In this document: positions 49,197 through 58,526 of the stretch, piece by piece
Numbering within the stretch: the stretch's first letter is position 1
How the letters are laid out: the number at the start of each line of letters is the position of its first letter
Source of the DNA: an uncultured Actinomycetes bacterium
Lineage (GTDB): Bacteria; Actinomycetota; Acidimicrobiia; IMCC26256; PALSA-610
Length of the DNA: 64,000 nucleotides
Direction: 5' to 3'
NCBI GenBank assembly: GCA_963701825.1
Contig: CAVPBG010000003.1
Location: forward strand, 1,072,043-1,136,042
Program-made: the position numbers and the translations under genes
The notes under the pieces: generated by a model
What the model saw: only the letters and a program-made list of their open reading frames with translations
Database searches by the model: none
Told to the model about the DNA's origin: nothing

Positions 49197-50426
49197 TCAA
49201 TTTATGCCCAGGAGCGAGCCCAGGGTGCCGCCGATCATCGCCGCCCGATCCGACGCCGACACATCGGCGAATTGCCGGGCGATGAGCTCGCGGCTCCCGC
49301 CGTACGTCCCTTCGGCGTGGGGGTAGTCGTTGCCCCACACGATCGTCGACAAGCCGGTCACGTTCCGGCACGCAACGGCAACCGGGTCGTCCTGGAACGA
49401 CACGTGGAACTGGCGGCGCACGTATTCACTCGGCGTCAACGGGTACGGCCACTTCTCGTTGAGGCGGAACAGTTGCGCCATGTTCGGCTGGTCGTTCGCG
49501 GCGCGGGTGTCGTCCCACTGCCCGAGCCACCAGTCGGCGTCCTGCCCGATACCGGTGACCCAGCACTTGTCCATCGAACCGACGAGCGACGCGAGCCAGT
49601 GCGCGTTGAATTCGATGAGCGCGAAGTGCAGGTCGGGATAGCGCTCGGCCACACCGCCACCGATGAGCTCGCAGATCACCTGTTGCGGCACCATCGGCCC
49701 GTACACGCACTGCGTGATCATGCGCTTCGACGCGGACTTCTCCGTCATCGGCTGGTTGACCTGCGCGGCCTGCTCCAACACGACTTTCAGCGTCGTGGCG
49801 GTCGCGTCGTTGACCTTCACGCCACCGGTCTGCGTGTGGATGAACACGTGCACGCCGTTCGCCTGCGCAGCGGCCCACACCGGATCGAAATCGCGCGAGT
49901 AGTACGGCTTCGGCGGGATCGCGGGCAGAAGAATTCCGCGGAAGCCGGCCGCCGCGACGCGCTCGATCTCGGCCACCGCTTCGTCGACATCGGTGAGTGG
50001 AATCGGAGCCGTCGGCGCGAGCCGGGCGAAGTACGGCGCGAAGCGTTCGACGACGTAATCGTTGTAGACGCGCGCGTGCGCCATCGACAGTTCGTGATCG
50101 TCGGAGTAGAGACCGAACAAGCTGAGGTTCGGGTGCATCACCTGCACGTCGACGCCGTCGAAATCCATGTCCTCGAGGATCTGTTCGGGATCACCCTCGG
50201 GGGTACGCCCCTGCGTCTGGCGATACCGGGAGATCGTCCAACCCTCGTAGCCGGGCGTGTGCAGGCGCCGGAAAACGCGCGCCCCGCCCTCGACGAGCGG
50301 CTCGATCTCGAAGTCCTCTTCCCAGACCGCCCGGTCGCGCAGATGCTTCGGCAGCCGGGTCACGAACAGGTCGGTCGGTTCGAGGAGATGACCGTCCGCG
50401 GACACGACGAGCTGCCCATTCGCCAT
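49197..50426 (-). CDS. Amidohydrolase_2-family protein
   Basis: SADGHLLEP, WGNDYPHAEG. Confidence 0.9.
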   Translation of the reverse strand: MANGQLVVSADGHLLEPTDLFVTRLPKHLRDRAVWEEDFEIEPLVEGGARVFRRLHTPGYEGWTISRYRQTQGRTPEGDPEQILEDMDFDGVDVQVMHPNLSLFGLYSDDHELSMAHARVYNDYVVERFAPYFARLAPTAPIPLTDVDEAVAEIERVAAAGFRGILLPAIPPKPYYSRDFDPVWAAAQANGVHVFIHTQTGGVKVNDATATTLKVVLEQAAQVNQPMTEKSASKRMITQCVYGPMVPQQVICELIGGGVAERYPDLHFALIEFNAHWLASLVGSMDKCWVTGIGQDADWWLGQWDDTRAANDQPNMAQLFRLNEKWPYPLTPSEYVRRQFHVSFQDDPVAVACRNVTGLSTIVWGNDYPHAEGTYGGSRELIARQFADVSASDRAAMIGGTLGSLLGIN

Positions 50427-50442
50427 AGGTCTTCTAAGGTAA

Positions 50443-50460
50443 ACCAACCGGTCGGTACAA
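50443..50460. promoter_or_regulatory. TTGTAC-N6 candidate operator
   Basis: Reverse complement reads ttgtac-cgaccg-gttggt; divergent promoter. Confidence 0.65.
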
Positions 50461-50479
50461 AGCAACGCTGGGGGGACGT

Positions 50480-51538
50480 GTGACGAAGCGCTGGAAGGTA
50501 CGTCCCGACGGCTCGACCTGGGGCGATTGGGGCGACGACGACGAGCTCGGCCGCATCAATCTGCTCACTCCCGAGAAGGTGCTCCAAGGCGTCCGCGAGG
50601 TCGAGGCCGGCATCAGCTTCTGCCTCAGCCTGCCCCTCGACTATCCCGGCGGCACCTCGTTGAACCAGCGCCGCTACCCACCGATCCTGGCGCCGACCGA
50701 AGACCTCGAAGGCAATCCCGCCAACTTCTACAACGTGCATCAGAAGGACATCCCGAAGTTCGGAAGCAAACGCCATGTCGACGTGTGGGCCGACGACCAG
50801 GTGACGCTCTCGCTGCAGTACTCGACGCAATGGGATTCGCTCGCGCATGCGGGCGCGGAGTTCGACGTGCAGGGCGACGGAGTGGAGGAGGCGGTCTACT
50901 ACAACGGGTTCCGCGCCGGGGTCGACCTCGTCGGTCCGCAGCCCGATGCCGCGGGCGACGGCGGCCGACACCTCTGCTTCGCCAAGCATCTCGGCCTCGA
51001 GCACATGGCTTACACGGGCGTGCAGGGACGCGGTGTGCTCGTCGACGTTGCGCACCACCTCGGTCACGAGTTCCGCGGTGTCGACCACGCGCTCCTCGAA
51101 GAGATCATGGCGGCCGACAACGTCGTCGTGGAACCAGGCGACATGCTGTTGATCCACACCGGTTTCGCCACCAAGGTGTTGGAGTGGAACCGCGAACCGG
51201 ATCCGGTCGAGATCCATCGCACGTGCGCGTACCTCGATGCGAACGACGACGCCCTGCTCGACTGGATCACCGATTCGCAGATCTCGGCGCTGGTCGCCGA
51301 CAACTACGCGGTCGAGGGCATGGTCGCGGGCAAGCGCCGCGAGGGTCGGCATTCGTTGTTGCCGATCCACCACCTGTGCCTGTTCAAGCTGGGCGTTCCG
51401 CTCGGCGAGCTCTGGTACCTGCACGAGCTGGCGACCTGGTTGCGCGCACACAACCGCAGTCGGTTCTTGCTCACCGCTCCCCCGCTGCGCCTGCCCGGCG
51501 CGGTGGGTTCGCCGCTCACCCCAGTCGCGACAGTTTGA
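50480..51538 (+). CDS. Cyclase-family (kynurenine formamidase-like) hydrolase
   Basis: WGDDDELGRIN, STQWDSLAH, GRGVLVD, LGELW, GAVGSP. Confidence 0.88.
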   Translation: MTKRWKVRPDGSTWGDWGDDDELGRINLLTPEKVLQGVREVEAGISFCLSLPLDYPGGTSLNQRRYPPILAPTEDLEGNPANFYNVHQKDIPKFGSKRHVDVWADDQVTLSLQYSTQWDSLAHAGAEFDVQGDGVEEAVYYNGFRAGVDLVGPQPDAAGDGGRHLCFAKHLGLEHMAYTGVQGRGVLVDVAHHLGHEFRGVDHALLEEIMAADNVVVEPGDMLLIHTGFATKVLEWNREPDPVEIHRTCAYLDANDDALLDWITDSQISALVADNYAVEGMVAGKRREGRHSLLPIHHLCLFKLGVPLGELWYLHELATWLRAHNRSRFLLTAPPLRLPGAVGSPLTPVATV

Positions 51539-53138
51539 ACATCTCGTAGTCGTTGGCCCGTACGTCGGCGATCACGCTGAAGAGCTTGGGCCGGCCGCCG
51601 GAATTCAACAGGTACTTGCGCGCCTTGCCCGGGATGTTCGTACCGAAGAAGTAGCTGCTCTCGCCGAACGGGCCCTTCGACGCGGCCCGGTCGACCATCG
51701 CGGTCCAGTCGTCTTCGGCGCTCGCATCGACTTCGATCGTGTCGTACCCGTGATCGCGCACGTACACGAGCGTGTCGGTGATGAAGTCGACCTGATCGCC
51801 GTTGTAACGCGGATTGTTGCCCGCGGCCGCGTGCGGACCGCCCGGGAAGAAGAAGTTGGGGAAACCCGCGGTCTGCACGCCGAGGAACGTCTTCGGACCG
51901 TCGGCCCAATAGTCCGTGAGTGCTACTCCGTTGCGACCGCGGATGCCCATGCGCGCCAATGCGCCCGTACCGAAGTCGAAGCCCGTCGCCCACACGATGA
52001 TGTCGAGCTCCCGCAGGCCGTCGGCGGTCTCGATACCGGTCGCGGTCAGGCGCGTGATCGGGGTCTGCTTCAGATCGACGAGCGTCACCTTCGGGTTGTT
52101 GTACGCCTCGTAGTACGCGGTGACGAACGGCGGGCGCTTCTCCGCGAAACGATGATCGGTCGGGATCAACTTCGCCGCAGTCGCGGGGTCGTCGACGATG
52201 CCGCGGATCTTGGCCGCGATGAACTCGCACCACTCCGCGTTCGCGGCCGGGTCGAACAACAGGTCGGTGTAGTTGCTCGTAAGTTTGGAAAACCCCGGGC
52301 TGGCCCACATCTTTTCGAAGAACGCGCGCCGCTCGTCGGCCGAGTCGTCGAACGCGGCGCGGTCGTGGGCGACGTGCAGGAACCCGCTGACCGACGTGTT
52401 CAACGTTTCGCGAATCGCTTCGAAGTCGGCCCGCAACTGGGCCTGTTCGTCGTCGGTGATGGGCGTGTTGTTGAGCGGCGTGCACCAGTTCGCCGTGCGT
52501 TGGTACACCGTCAGCGACGCGACCTCGTCGGCGATGGCCGGGATGAGTTGCACGCCGCTCGATCCCGTACCGACCACGGCCACCCGCTGGCCCGCGAAGT
52601 CGACGGGCGTGGTCGGCCACCGTCCCGTGTGGAACGACTCGCCCCGGAAATCGGCGCGACCGGGCACGTCGGGGAAGTACGGCACGGAGAGCACACCGGT
52701 TGCCGCGATGAAGAAGCGCGTGCGGATCGCCGTCCCGTCGCCGAGCACGACCGTCCACGTTCCCGACGACTCGTCGTAGGTCGCCGACGCAACAACTGCG
52801 CCGAACCGGATGTCGCGCCGGAGGTCGAACCGGTCGACGACGTGGTTGAGGTACTGCTCGATCTCGGGCTGTTGCGCGAAGTGCTCCTGCCAAACCCAGT
52901 CCTCGAACAATTCCTTCGAGAAGACGTACGCGTACGTGTAGCTCTCGGAGTCGAACCGCGCGCCCGGGTACCGGTTCCAGTACCAGGTACCGCCGACCCC
53001 GCCGCCCGCTTCGAGCAGCAACGCGGAGAAGCCCGCCTCCCGCGCGCGGTACAGCTGATAGATGCCCGTGATGCCCGCGCCGACGACGAGTACGTCGACC
53101 TGGGCGGCGCCACTGACGTTGGCCGGCTCCGATTGCAC
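51516..53138 (-). CDS. Baeyer-Villiger monooxygenase (type I)
   Basis: GAGITG, GGTWYWNRYPG, FRGESFHTGRWP, GTGSSG, WATG. Confidence 0.93.
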   Translation of the reverse strand: MQSEPANVSGAAQVDVLVVGAGITGIYQLYRAREAGFSALLLEAGGGVGGTWYWNRYPGARFDSESYTYAYVFSKELFEDWVWQEHFAQQPEIEQYLNHVVDRFDLRRDIRFGAVVASATYDESSGTWTVVLGDGTAIRTRFFIAATGVLSVPYFPDVPGRADFRGESFHTGRWPTTPVDFAGQRVAVVGTGSSGVQLIPAIADEVASLTVYQRTANWCTPLNNTPITDDEQAQLRADFEAIRETLNTSVSGFLHVAHDRAAFDDSADERRAFFEKMWASPGFSKLTSNYTDLLFDPAANAEWCEFIAAKIRGIVDDPATAAKLIPTDHRFAEKRPPFVTAYYEAYNNPKVTLVDLKQTPITRLTATGIETADGLRELDIIVWATGFDFGTGALARMGIRGRNGVALTDYWADGPKTFLGVQTAGFPNFFFPGGPHAAAGNNPRYNGDQVDFITDTLVYVRDHGYDTIEVDASAEDDWTAMVDRAASKGPFGESSYFFGTNIPGKARKYLLNSGGRPKLFSVIADVRANDYEMFKLSRLG

Positions 53139-53145
53139 CGGGCGA

Positions 53146-53163
53146 TTGTACCGACCGGTCGGT
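53146..53163. promoter_or_regulatory. TTGTAC-N6 candidate operator
   Basis: ttgtac-cgaccg-gtcggt; divergent promoter. Confidence 0.65.
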
Positions 53164-53187
53164 TACCCTACGCCGGTGCGTTACGCG

Positions 53188-54504
53188 ATGGAGCTCCCCG
53201 ACCGGGTTCCCAAGCAGCGTTACTACGACCCCGGCTTCTACCAAATGGAAGCCGAGCTCTTCTGGCCCCGGGTGTGGCAGATGGCGTGCCGCCTCGAGGA
53301 GATCCCGCAGGCGCGCGACTTCGTCGAGTACGAGATCCTCGACCAGTCGATCATCGTCGTGCGCGGCGACGACATGGAGGTGCGCGCCTTCCAGAACGCG
53401 TGCCGGCACCGCGGCGTCAAGGTCGTCGAGGGGCGGGGGCACTGCGCGCGCGCCTTCCAATGCCCCTTTCACGGTTGGCGCTACGGCGTCGACGGCAAGA
53501 ACGCGGGAGTGATCCAGCGGCGCACCTTCGCCGACTACAACCTCGCGCCCGACGACATCGACCTCGTCCCGGTGCGCTGCGAAATGTGGGGCGGATGCGC
53601 GTGGATCAATCTCGACGCCGCCGCGCCGCCGTTGCGCGATTCGCTCGAGCCCGCCGCCTCTGCGCTCGACGCGTGGAAGGTCGAATCGCTGCGGACCGAG
53701 CGGTGGTTCGCGGCGCGCCTACCCGTGAACTGGAAGCTCGCGATCGAAGCGTTCGTCGAGATGTACCACGTCGTGCAGACGCACCCGCAGCTCGTGATCC
53801 CGACGCGTTTCGGCATGCCCGACGCGGCCACCTTCGACCCCCGGGCGTTCATCGATGCCGACATCCAATACCTCCGCGCGATGAACGAAGGGATGGCCGG
53901 CATGGTTCCGGCCGCCGACGTGCGCGTCGCGGAAGGACTGCGCGATACCGAGCTCCCCGCCGACCCGACCGCGGCGATGTCTGCGTGGAATCGCACGCTC
54001 AACGACGCGGTGGTGAGTCGGCACCGCGGGCTCGGTGTCGACGTTCCCGACCTCAACGCGCTCGACGCCCAAGGGCTCAACCTCACCTTCTTCCACGGCT
54101 TTCCCCACTACTTCGTGCTGCCGATGTACAGCGGCGCGTCGTCGTACCGCTTCCGTCCGCTCGGACCGGAGGAGACGCTGATGGAGATCTGGTCGCTCGC
54201 CCGTTTCCCGTCCGGCGCAGAACCCGACCCGCCCGCGGCGCCCGAAGCGTGGGCGCCGGATGATGCGCGCTGGCCGCCGATCCCGGCGCAGGACTTCTCC
54301 AACCTTCCCCGGCAACAACAGGGCCTGCACGCGCGGGGCTTCGAGTACATGCGTTTGTCGCGCGGGCTCGAGGGACACATCTCGAACTTCGAACGCACCA
54401 TCGACGGTTACCTCGCCGGCCTCCCGTCGGAGAAGTTGCTGACCGCGCTCCACGCGGTCAACGTGTATCCGTTCGAGCAACCCATCGCCGATCTCGGGTT
54501 CTGA
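53188..54504 (+). CDS. Rieske oxygenase alpha subunit
   Basis: CRHRG...CPFHGW, NWK...EMYH...TH. Confidence 0.92.
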   Translation: MELPDRVPKQRYYDPGFYQMEAELFWPRVWQMACRLEEIPQARDFVEYEILDQSIIVVRGDDMEVRAFQNACRHRGVKVVEGRGHCARAFQCPFHGWRYGVDGKNAGVIQRRTFADYNLAPDDIDLVPVRCEMWGGCAWINLDAAAPPLRDSLEPAASALDAWKVESLRTERWFAARLPVNWKLAIEAFVEMYHVVQTHPQLVIPTRFGMPDAATFDPRAFIDADIQYLRAMNEGMAGMVPAADVRVAEGLRDTELPADPTAAMSAWNRTLNDAVVSRHRGLGVDVPDLNALDAQGLNLTFFHGFPHYFVLPMYSGASSYRFRPLGPEETLMEIWSLARFPSGAEPDPPAAPEAWAPDDARWPPIPAQDFSNLPRQQQGLHARGFEYMRLSRGLEGHISNFERTIDGYLAGLPSEKLLTALHAVNVYPFEQPIADLGF

Positions 54505-54507
54505 GCC

Positions 54508-54909
54508 ATGACCACGAACACGCCCTATGCCGAAGTCGCCGAAGGGGTGCGCCGCGCGATCGCGGCGTACACCCAGGCCATGGACGACGGTCGCACCGAC
54601 GACATCGTCGCCACGTTCTGTCCCGACGGGTCGGTGGAGATGCCGGGCATGGGCAACCACTCGGGTCACGACGAGCTACGCGTCGCGTACGACAAGTGGA
54701 AGCCGCGCCGACCACAACGCCACCTCGTCGTGAACACCCTCGTCACCGACTGGGACGACGACGAAGCGCACGCGATCAGCGACGTGATCTTCATCATGGC
54801 GGGCGAGTCGGGTTGGGCGATCCAGGTCGTGGGTCGGTACCACGACACGCTCCACCACGACGCCGGCACCTGGCGCTTCCACCGCCGCGTCGCCGAATTC
54901 CTGACCTAG
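54508..54909 (+). CDS. NTF2/SnoaL-like protein
   Basis: RHLVVN, GRYHD, WRFHRR. Confidence 0.85.
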   Translation: MTTNTPYAEVAEGVRRAIAAYTQAMDDGRTDDIVATFCPDGSVEMPGMGNHSGHDELRVAYDKWKPRRPQRHLVVNTLVTDWDDDEAHAISDVIFIMAGESGWAIQVVGRYHDTLHHDAGTWRFHRRVAEFLT

Positions 54910-54988
54910 AGCCCGAACCGGCGGGCGCGTGGCATCGTATGGATGCCGCGGTCACACCCGTTCGATCGGGTTGGCGCGAGCGGCCGGA

Positions 54989-55004
54989 AAACCTATAGAC
55001 ATCT
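54989..55004. promoter_or_regulatory. AAAnnTWTAGAYRTnT candidate operator
   Basis: aaacctatagacatct upstream of the carboxyltransferase. Confidence 0.4.
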
Positions 55005-55032
55005 TTTCCCGCCCCGGGTCACGAGGAGCTGC

Positions 55033-56541
55033 ATGGCCGAGGACGAGAGCTCCCACGAATGGACCGAGGTCCTCGACGATCTCGCCCGCCGGCGCGAGGT
55101 GTCGCGGGCGATGGGCGGCGCCGAGCGCCTGCAGAAGCACGGCGCGGGCGGCAAGCTCGACGCCCGCGCCCGCATCGCCTACCTGCTCGACCCGGGATCG
55201 TTCCAGGAGCTGGGCACGCTCGTCGGCGGCTCGGAATCGCCGGCCGACGCGCTCGTCATGGGTTCGGGGCGCATCGACGGCCGCGCGGTGATGGTCGCGG
55301 CCGAGGACTTCACCGTGAAGGCGGGCACGATCAGCTCGGCCGCGAACGCGAAACGCCACCGCGTCGCGGAGATCGCGGCTACCGACCGCGTGCCGCTGAT
55401 CATGATGCTGGAGGGCGCCGGCTTCCGGGCCGACGGCCGTTCGCCGGGCGCTCCCACTCCCACCGACATGCTGGCCCAGGCCCGCTGCTCCGGGCGGGTG
55501 CCGATGGTCACGGCCGTGCTCGGTCCGTCGGCGGGACACGGCGCGCTGGTCGCGCCCGTCTCCGACTTTGCCGTGATGAGCAACCACGGATCGATCTTCA
55601 CCGCCGGGCCGCCGGTGGTGCTGGAGTCGATGGGCGAACAGATCACGAAGGAAGATCTCGGCGGCCCGAAGATCGCGTTGCGGAGCGGGCTGATCCACAA
55701 CGGTGCCGACGACGACGAACGCGCCCTCGATCTCGTCCGCCGGTATCTCTCCTACTTCCCGACGTCGGCGTGGTCGTATCCGCCGCACATGGCCGGCGCC
55801 GACGACGGGCCGCGCGCCGTACCGGAGATTCTCGACATCGTTCCCCGCAACGGTCGCCGCGTCTACGACATGCACAAGGTGCTCGACGTCGTGTTCGACG
55901 CCGGTTCCACCTTCGAGGTGCAGCCGGAGTTCGGCCGCCCCGTCATCACTGCGCTGTGCCGGTTGGGCGGCCATCCTGTGGCCGTCATCGCGAATCAACC
56001 GTTGGCCGTCGCGGGTTCCATCGACGCAGATGGCGCGGACAAGGCCGCGCACTTCATCACCGTCGCCGACTCGTTCCATCTTCCGCTGATGTTCCTGTCG
56101 GACAACCCGGGCGTGCTGCCGGGAAGCAAGTCGGAGCAGCAGGCGATTCTCCGCAAAGGCGCGCGCATGTACGTGGCGCAGACGCTCGCCACCTCACCGA
56201 AGTTCGAGGTGACCCTGCGCAAGGCGTACGGGTTCGGCTCGATGGTGATGAGCATGATTCCGTTCGACGGGCAGTCGGCGGTGTTCGCGTTCCCGGGCGT
56301 GACGATGGGCGCGATGGGCGCGGCCGCGATGAGCCGGTCACGCGGCTCCGACGAGGACGAAGCGGCGATGCTCGTCGACCACGAGGTGCAGGCGTCGTAC
56401 CGCACTGCGCACGGCTTCGGCATCGACGAGCTCATCGACCCGCGCGAGATCCGCAACGTGCTCCTGCATTCCCTCGAACGCGCCCTCAACCGCCGCCAAG
56501 CCCCGGCCGAACCGGTCGCGCGCATCGGCATCGCACCCTGA
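55033..56541 (+). CDS. Acyl-CoA carboxylase carboxyltransferase (beta) subunit
   Basis: GKLDARARI, EDFTVKAG, DNPGVLPG, LRKAYG. Confidence 0.9.
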   Translation: MAEDESSHEWTEVLDDLARRREVSRAMGGAERLQKHGAGGKLDARARIAYLLDPGSFQELGTLVGGSESPADALVMGSGRIDGRAVMVAAEDFTVKAGTISSAANAKRHRVAEIAATDRVPLIMMLEGAGFRADGRSPGAPTPTDMLAQARCSGRVPMVTAVLGPSAGHGALVAPVSDFAVMSNHGSIFTAGPPVVLESMGEQITKEDLGGPKIALRSGLIHNGADDDERALDLVRRYLSYFPTSAWSYPPHMAGADDGPRAVPEILDIVPRNGRRVYDMHKVLDVVFDAGSTFEVQPEFGRPVITALCRLGGHPVAVIANQPLAVAGSIDADGADKAAHFITVADSFHLPLMFLSDNPGVLPGSKSEQQAILRKGARMYVAQTLATSPKFEVTLRKAYGFGSMVMSMIPFDGQSAVFAFPGVTMGAMGAAAMSRSRGSDEDEAAMLVDHEVQASYRTAHGFGIDELIDPREIRNVLLHSLERALNRRQAPAEPVARIGIAP

Positions 56542-56563
56542 CCCGCCGGACGCGGATGCACCC

Positions 56564-57646
56564 ATGAGCGAGATGGAGTCCGCAATCGCCACGCCCTGGC
56601 GCCGCGACTCGCGGCAACTCGAAGCGGGCTTGACGGCCTGGGCCCGCGCGTTCCACGGCGATCACGCGCTGGTCACGGACATCCGTCTTCCGCAAAGCGG
56701 GATGGCGAACGACACGGTGTTGTTCCGACTCGACGGCGACGCGCTCGTGGCGCGCCTCGCGCCCGCTGCCGACTCCCGCTACGCGACCTTCCCCACATTC
56801 GACCTCGCGTTTCAACGGCAGGTGATGGAGCTCGTGCGGGAACGCACATCGGTGCCGGTTCCCGAAGTCGTGCACCTCGAGAGATCCGACGCCTGGCTCG
56901 GCTCACCGTTCATGGTCGTGCGGGCGGTCGACGGTGTCGTCGCCTCCGACACTCCCCCGTACCTTTTCGACGGCAACGGTTGGTTCCTGCAGGGCACGCC
57001 CGCGGATTGGCGGCGCATGGAGACCGCGACGATCGCGGTCTTCGCCGAGCTGCACCGCATCGTCGACGACGGTGAACACACCGCGTTCCTGCACGTCGAC
57101 ACACCCGGAGACACCGCGCTGACCCGTTTGCTCACTTCCTTCGGTCGTTACTACGAGTGGGCGCGTGAAGGACACGAGATCCCGGTCCTGGAACGGGCGT
57201 ACGAGGCGCTCCTGCGCACGATCCCCCACAACGCGCGCTCCGTTCTGCTCTGGGGCGACGGCCGGCCGGGCAACATCATCTACCGCGACTTCGAGCCGGT
57301 CGCGGTGCTCGACTGGGAGATGGCGGGTGTCGGTCCGCCCGAGGTCGATGTCGCGTGGACCACCTTCTTCCAACGCTTCTTCGCGGACTTCGCCGACAAG
57401 TACGCGTTGCCCCCGGTCCCCGCGATGTTCGAACGCACCGGTGCGGCCGCGACCTACGCACGACTATCGGGCACCACGCTCGACGACCTCGCGTGGTACG
57501 AAGCGCTCGCGGGGTTGCGCTTCGGCATCATCCTGGCTCGGATGAGCATGCGCAGCATCGCGTACGGGCAGCAGGAACAACCCTCCGACCCCGACGACCT
57601 GATCGTGTTCGCGCCGTTGCTCGACGAGCTCGTGACCGACCTATGA
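56564..57646 (+). CDS. APH-like phosphotransferase family protein
   Basis: LWGDGRPGN, VLDWEM. Confidence 0.88.
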   Translation: MSEMESAIATPWRRDSRQLEAGLTAWARAFHGDHALVTDIRLPQSGMANDTVLFRLDGDALVARLAPAADSRYATFPTFDLAFQRQVMELVRERTSVPVPEVVHLERSDAWLGSPFMVVRAVDGVVASDTPPYLFDGNGWFLQGTPADWRRMETATIAVFAELHRIVDDGEHTAFLHVDTPGDTALTRLLTSFGRYYEWAREGHEIPVLERAYEALLRTIPHNARSVLLWGDGRPGNIIYRDFEPVAVLDWEMAGVGPPEVDVAWTTFFQRFFADFADKYALPPVPAMFERTGAAATYARLSGTTLDDLAWYEALAGLRFGIILARMSMRSIAYGQQEQPSDPDDLIVFAPLLDELVTDL

Positions 57647-57656
57647 CGAGGCCCGC

Positions 57657-58526
57657 GTGACGATGGAGTTCAACCTATTCCTTCCGCAGATGCGCTTGTC
57701 GTTCGACGACCTCGTCACGCGCGCCCGTGCCGCGGAGGCCGCGGGTTTCGTCGGCATGACCGGCATGGACCACCTCGTCCCGCCGCTCGCCGACGAACAG
57801 CCGATGTACGAAGCGATCGTCACCACCACCTGGCTGGCCGCGCACACGACCCGATTGCAGTTGGGATCGCTTGTGCTGTGCGACGCGTTTCGGCAGCCCG
57901 CGGTGCTCGCCCGGCAAGCAGTTTCCATCGACCACGCATCGCACGGCCGTTTCGAGCTCGGCATCGGCGCGGGATCGGTACCCGACGAGTTCCCGACGTT
58001 CGGCGTCGGCCCGACCGAGCCCGGCGAACGGGTCGCCCGCCTGCGGGAGACGCTGGAGGTGATGCGCGCGCTGTGGGCGGGCGATGCCGTCGACTTCGAC
58101 GGCCAGTACCACCACCTGCGCGGCGCGCGACAGCTCCCGCGGCCGCTCGGGCGCATCCCGATCGTCATCGGCGCCAAGGGACCGAAGATGCTCGCCCTCG
58201 TGCGGGAGTTCGCCGACTGGTGGAACGTCGACGTGAGCAGCCTGCGCCAGCTGGACGAACTGCGGCCGCAGGTCGGCGACGTTCCCGCGTCGATTCAGCA
58301 GATGGTTGCGCTCATCCCGAAAGGTGCCGACCGCGGCGCGATCGTGGCGCGGACGGAACAGCGCTTCGGATGGTCGCGTCCCGTGATCGGTTCCGCGCCC
58401 GAGCTCGTCGACCACTACGGCCGCCTGGCGGAACAGGGCGTCGGACGCGTCTACACATGGTTCTGCGATTTCGCGCGGCCGGAAACACTCGCCGAGTTCG
58501 GCGCGGACGTCATTGGAGCGCTGTAG
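57657..58526 (+). CDS. LLM-class flavin/F420 oxidoreductase
   Basis: MDH, GRFELGIGAG, PIVIGAKGPKML. Confidence 0.87.
   Translation: MTMEFNLFLPQMRLSFDDLVTRARAAEAAGFVGMTGMDHLVPPLADEQPMYEAIVTTTWLAAHTTRLQLGSLVLCDAFRQPAVLARQAVSIDHASHGRFELGIGAGSVPDEFPTFGVGPTEPGERVARLRETLEVMRALWAGDAVDFDGQYHHLRGARQLPRPLGRIPIVIGAKGPKMLALVREFADWWNVDVSSLRQLDELRPQVGDVPASIQQMVALIPKGADRGAIVARTEQRFGWSRPVIGSAPELVDHYGRLAEQGVGRVYTWFCDFARPETLAEFGADVIGAL

Noticed and set aside
51237-54263. Very long alternative ORFs (this 1008-aa one, also 40801-43542 and 17285-19894)
   Set aside because: Arg/Ala/Gly-rich shadow frames of real genes, expected in high-GC DNA; no motifs.
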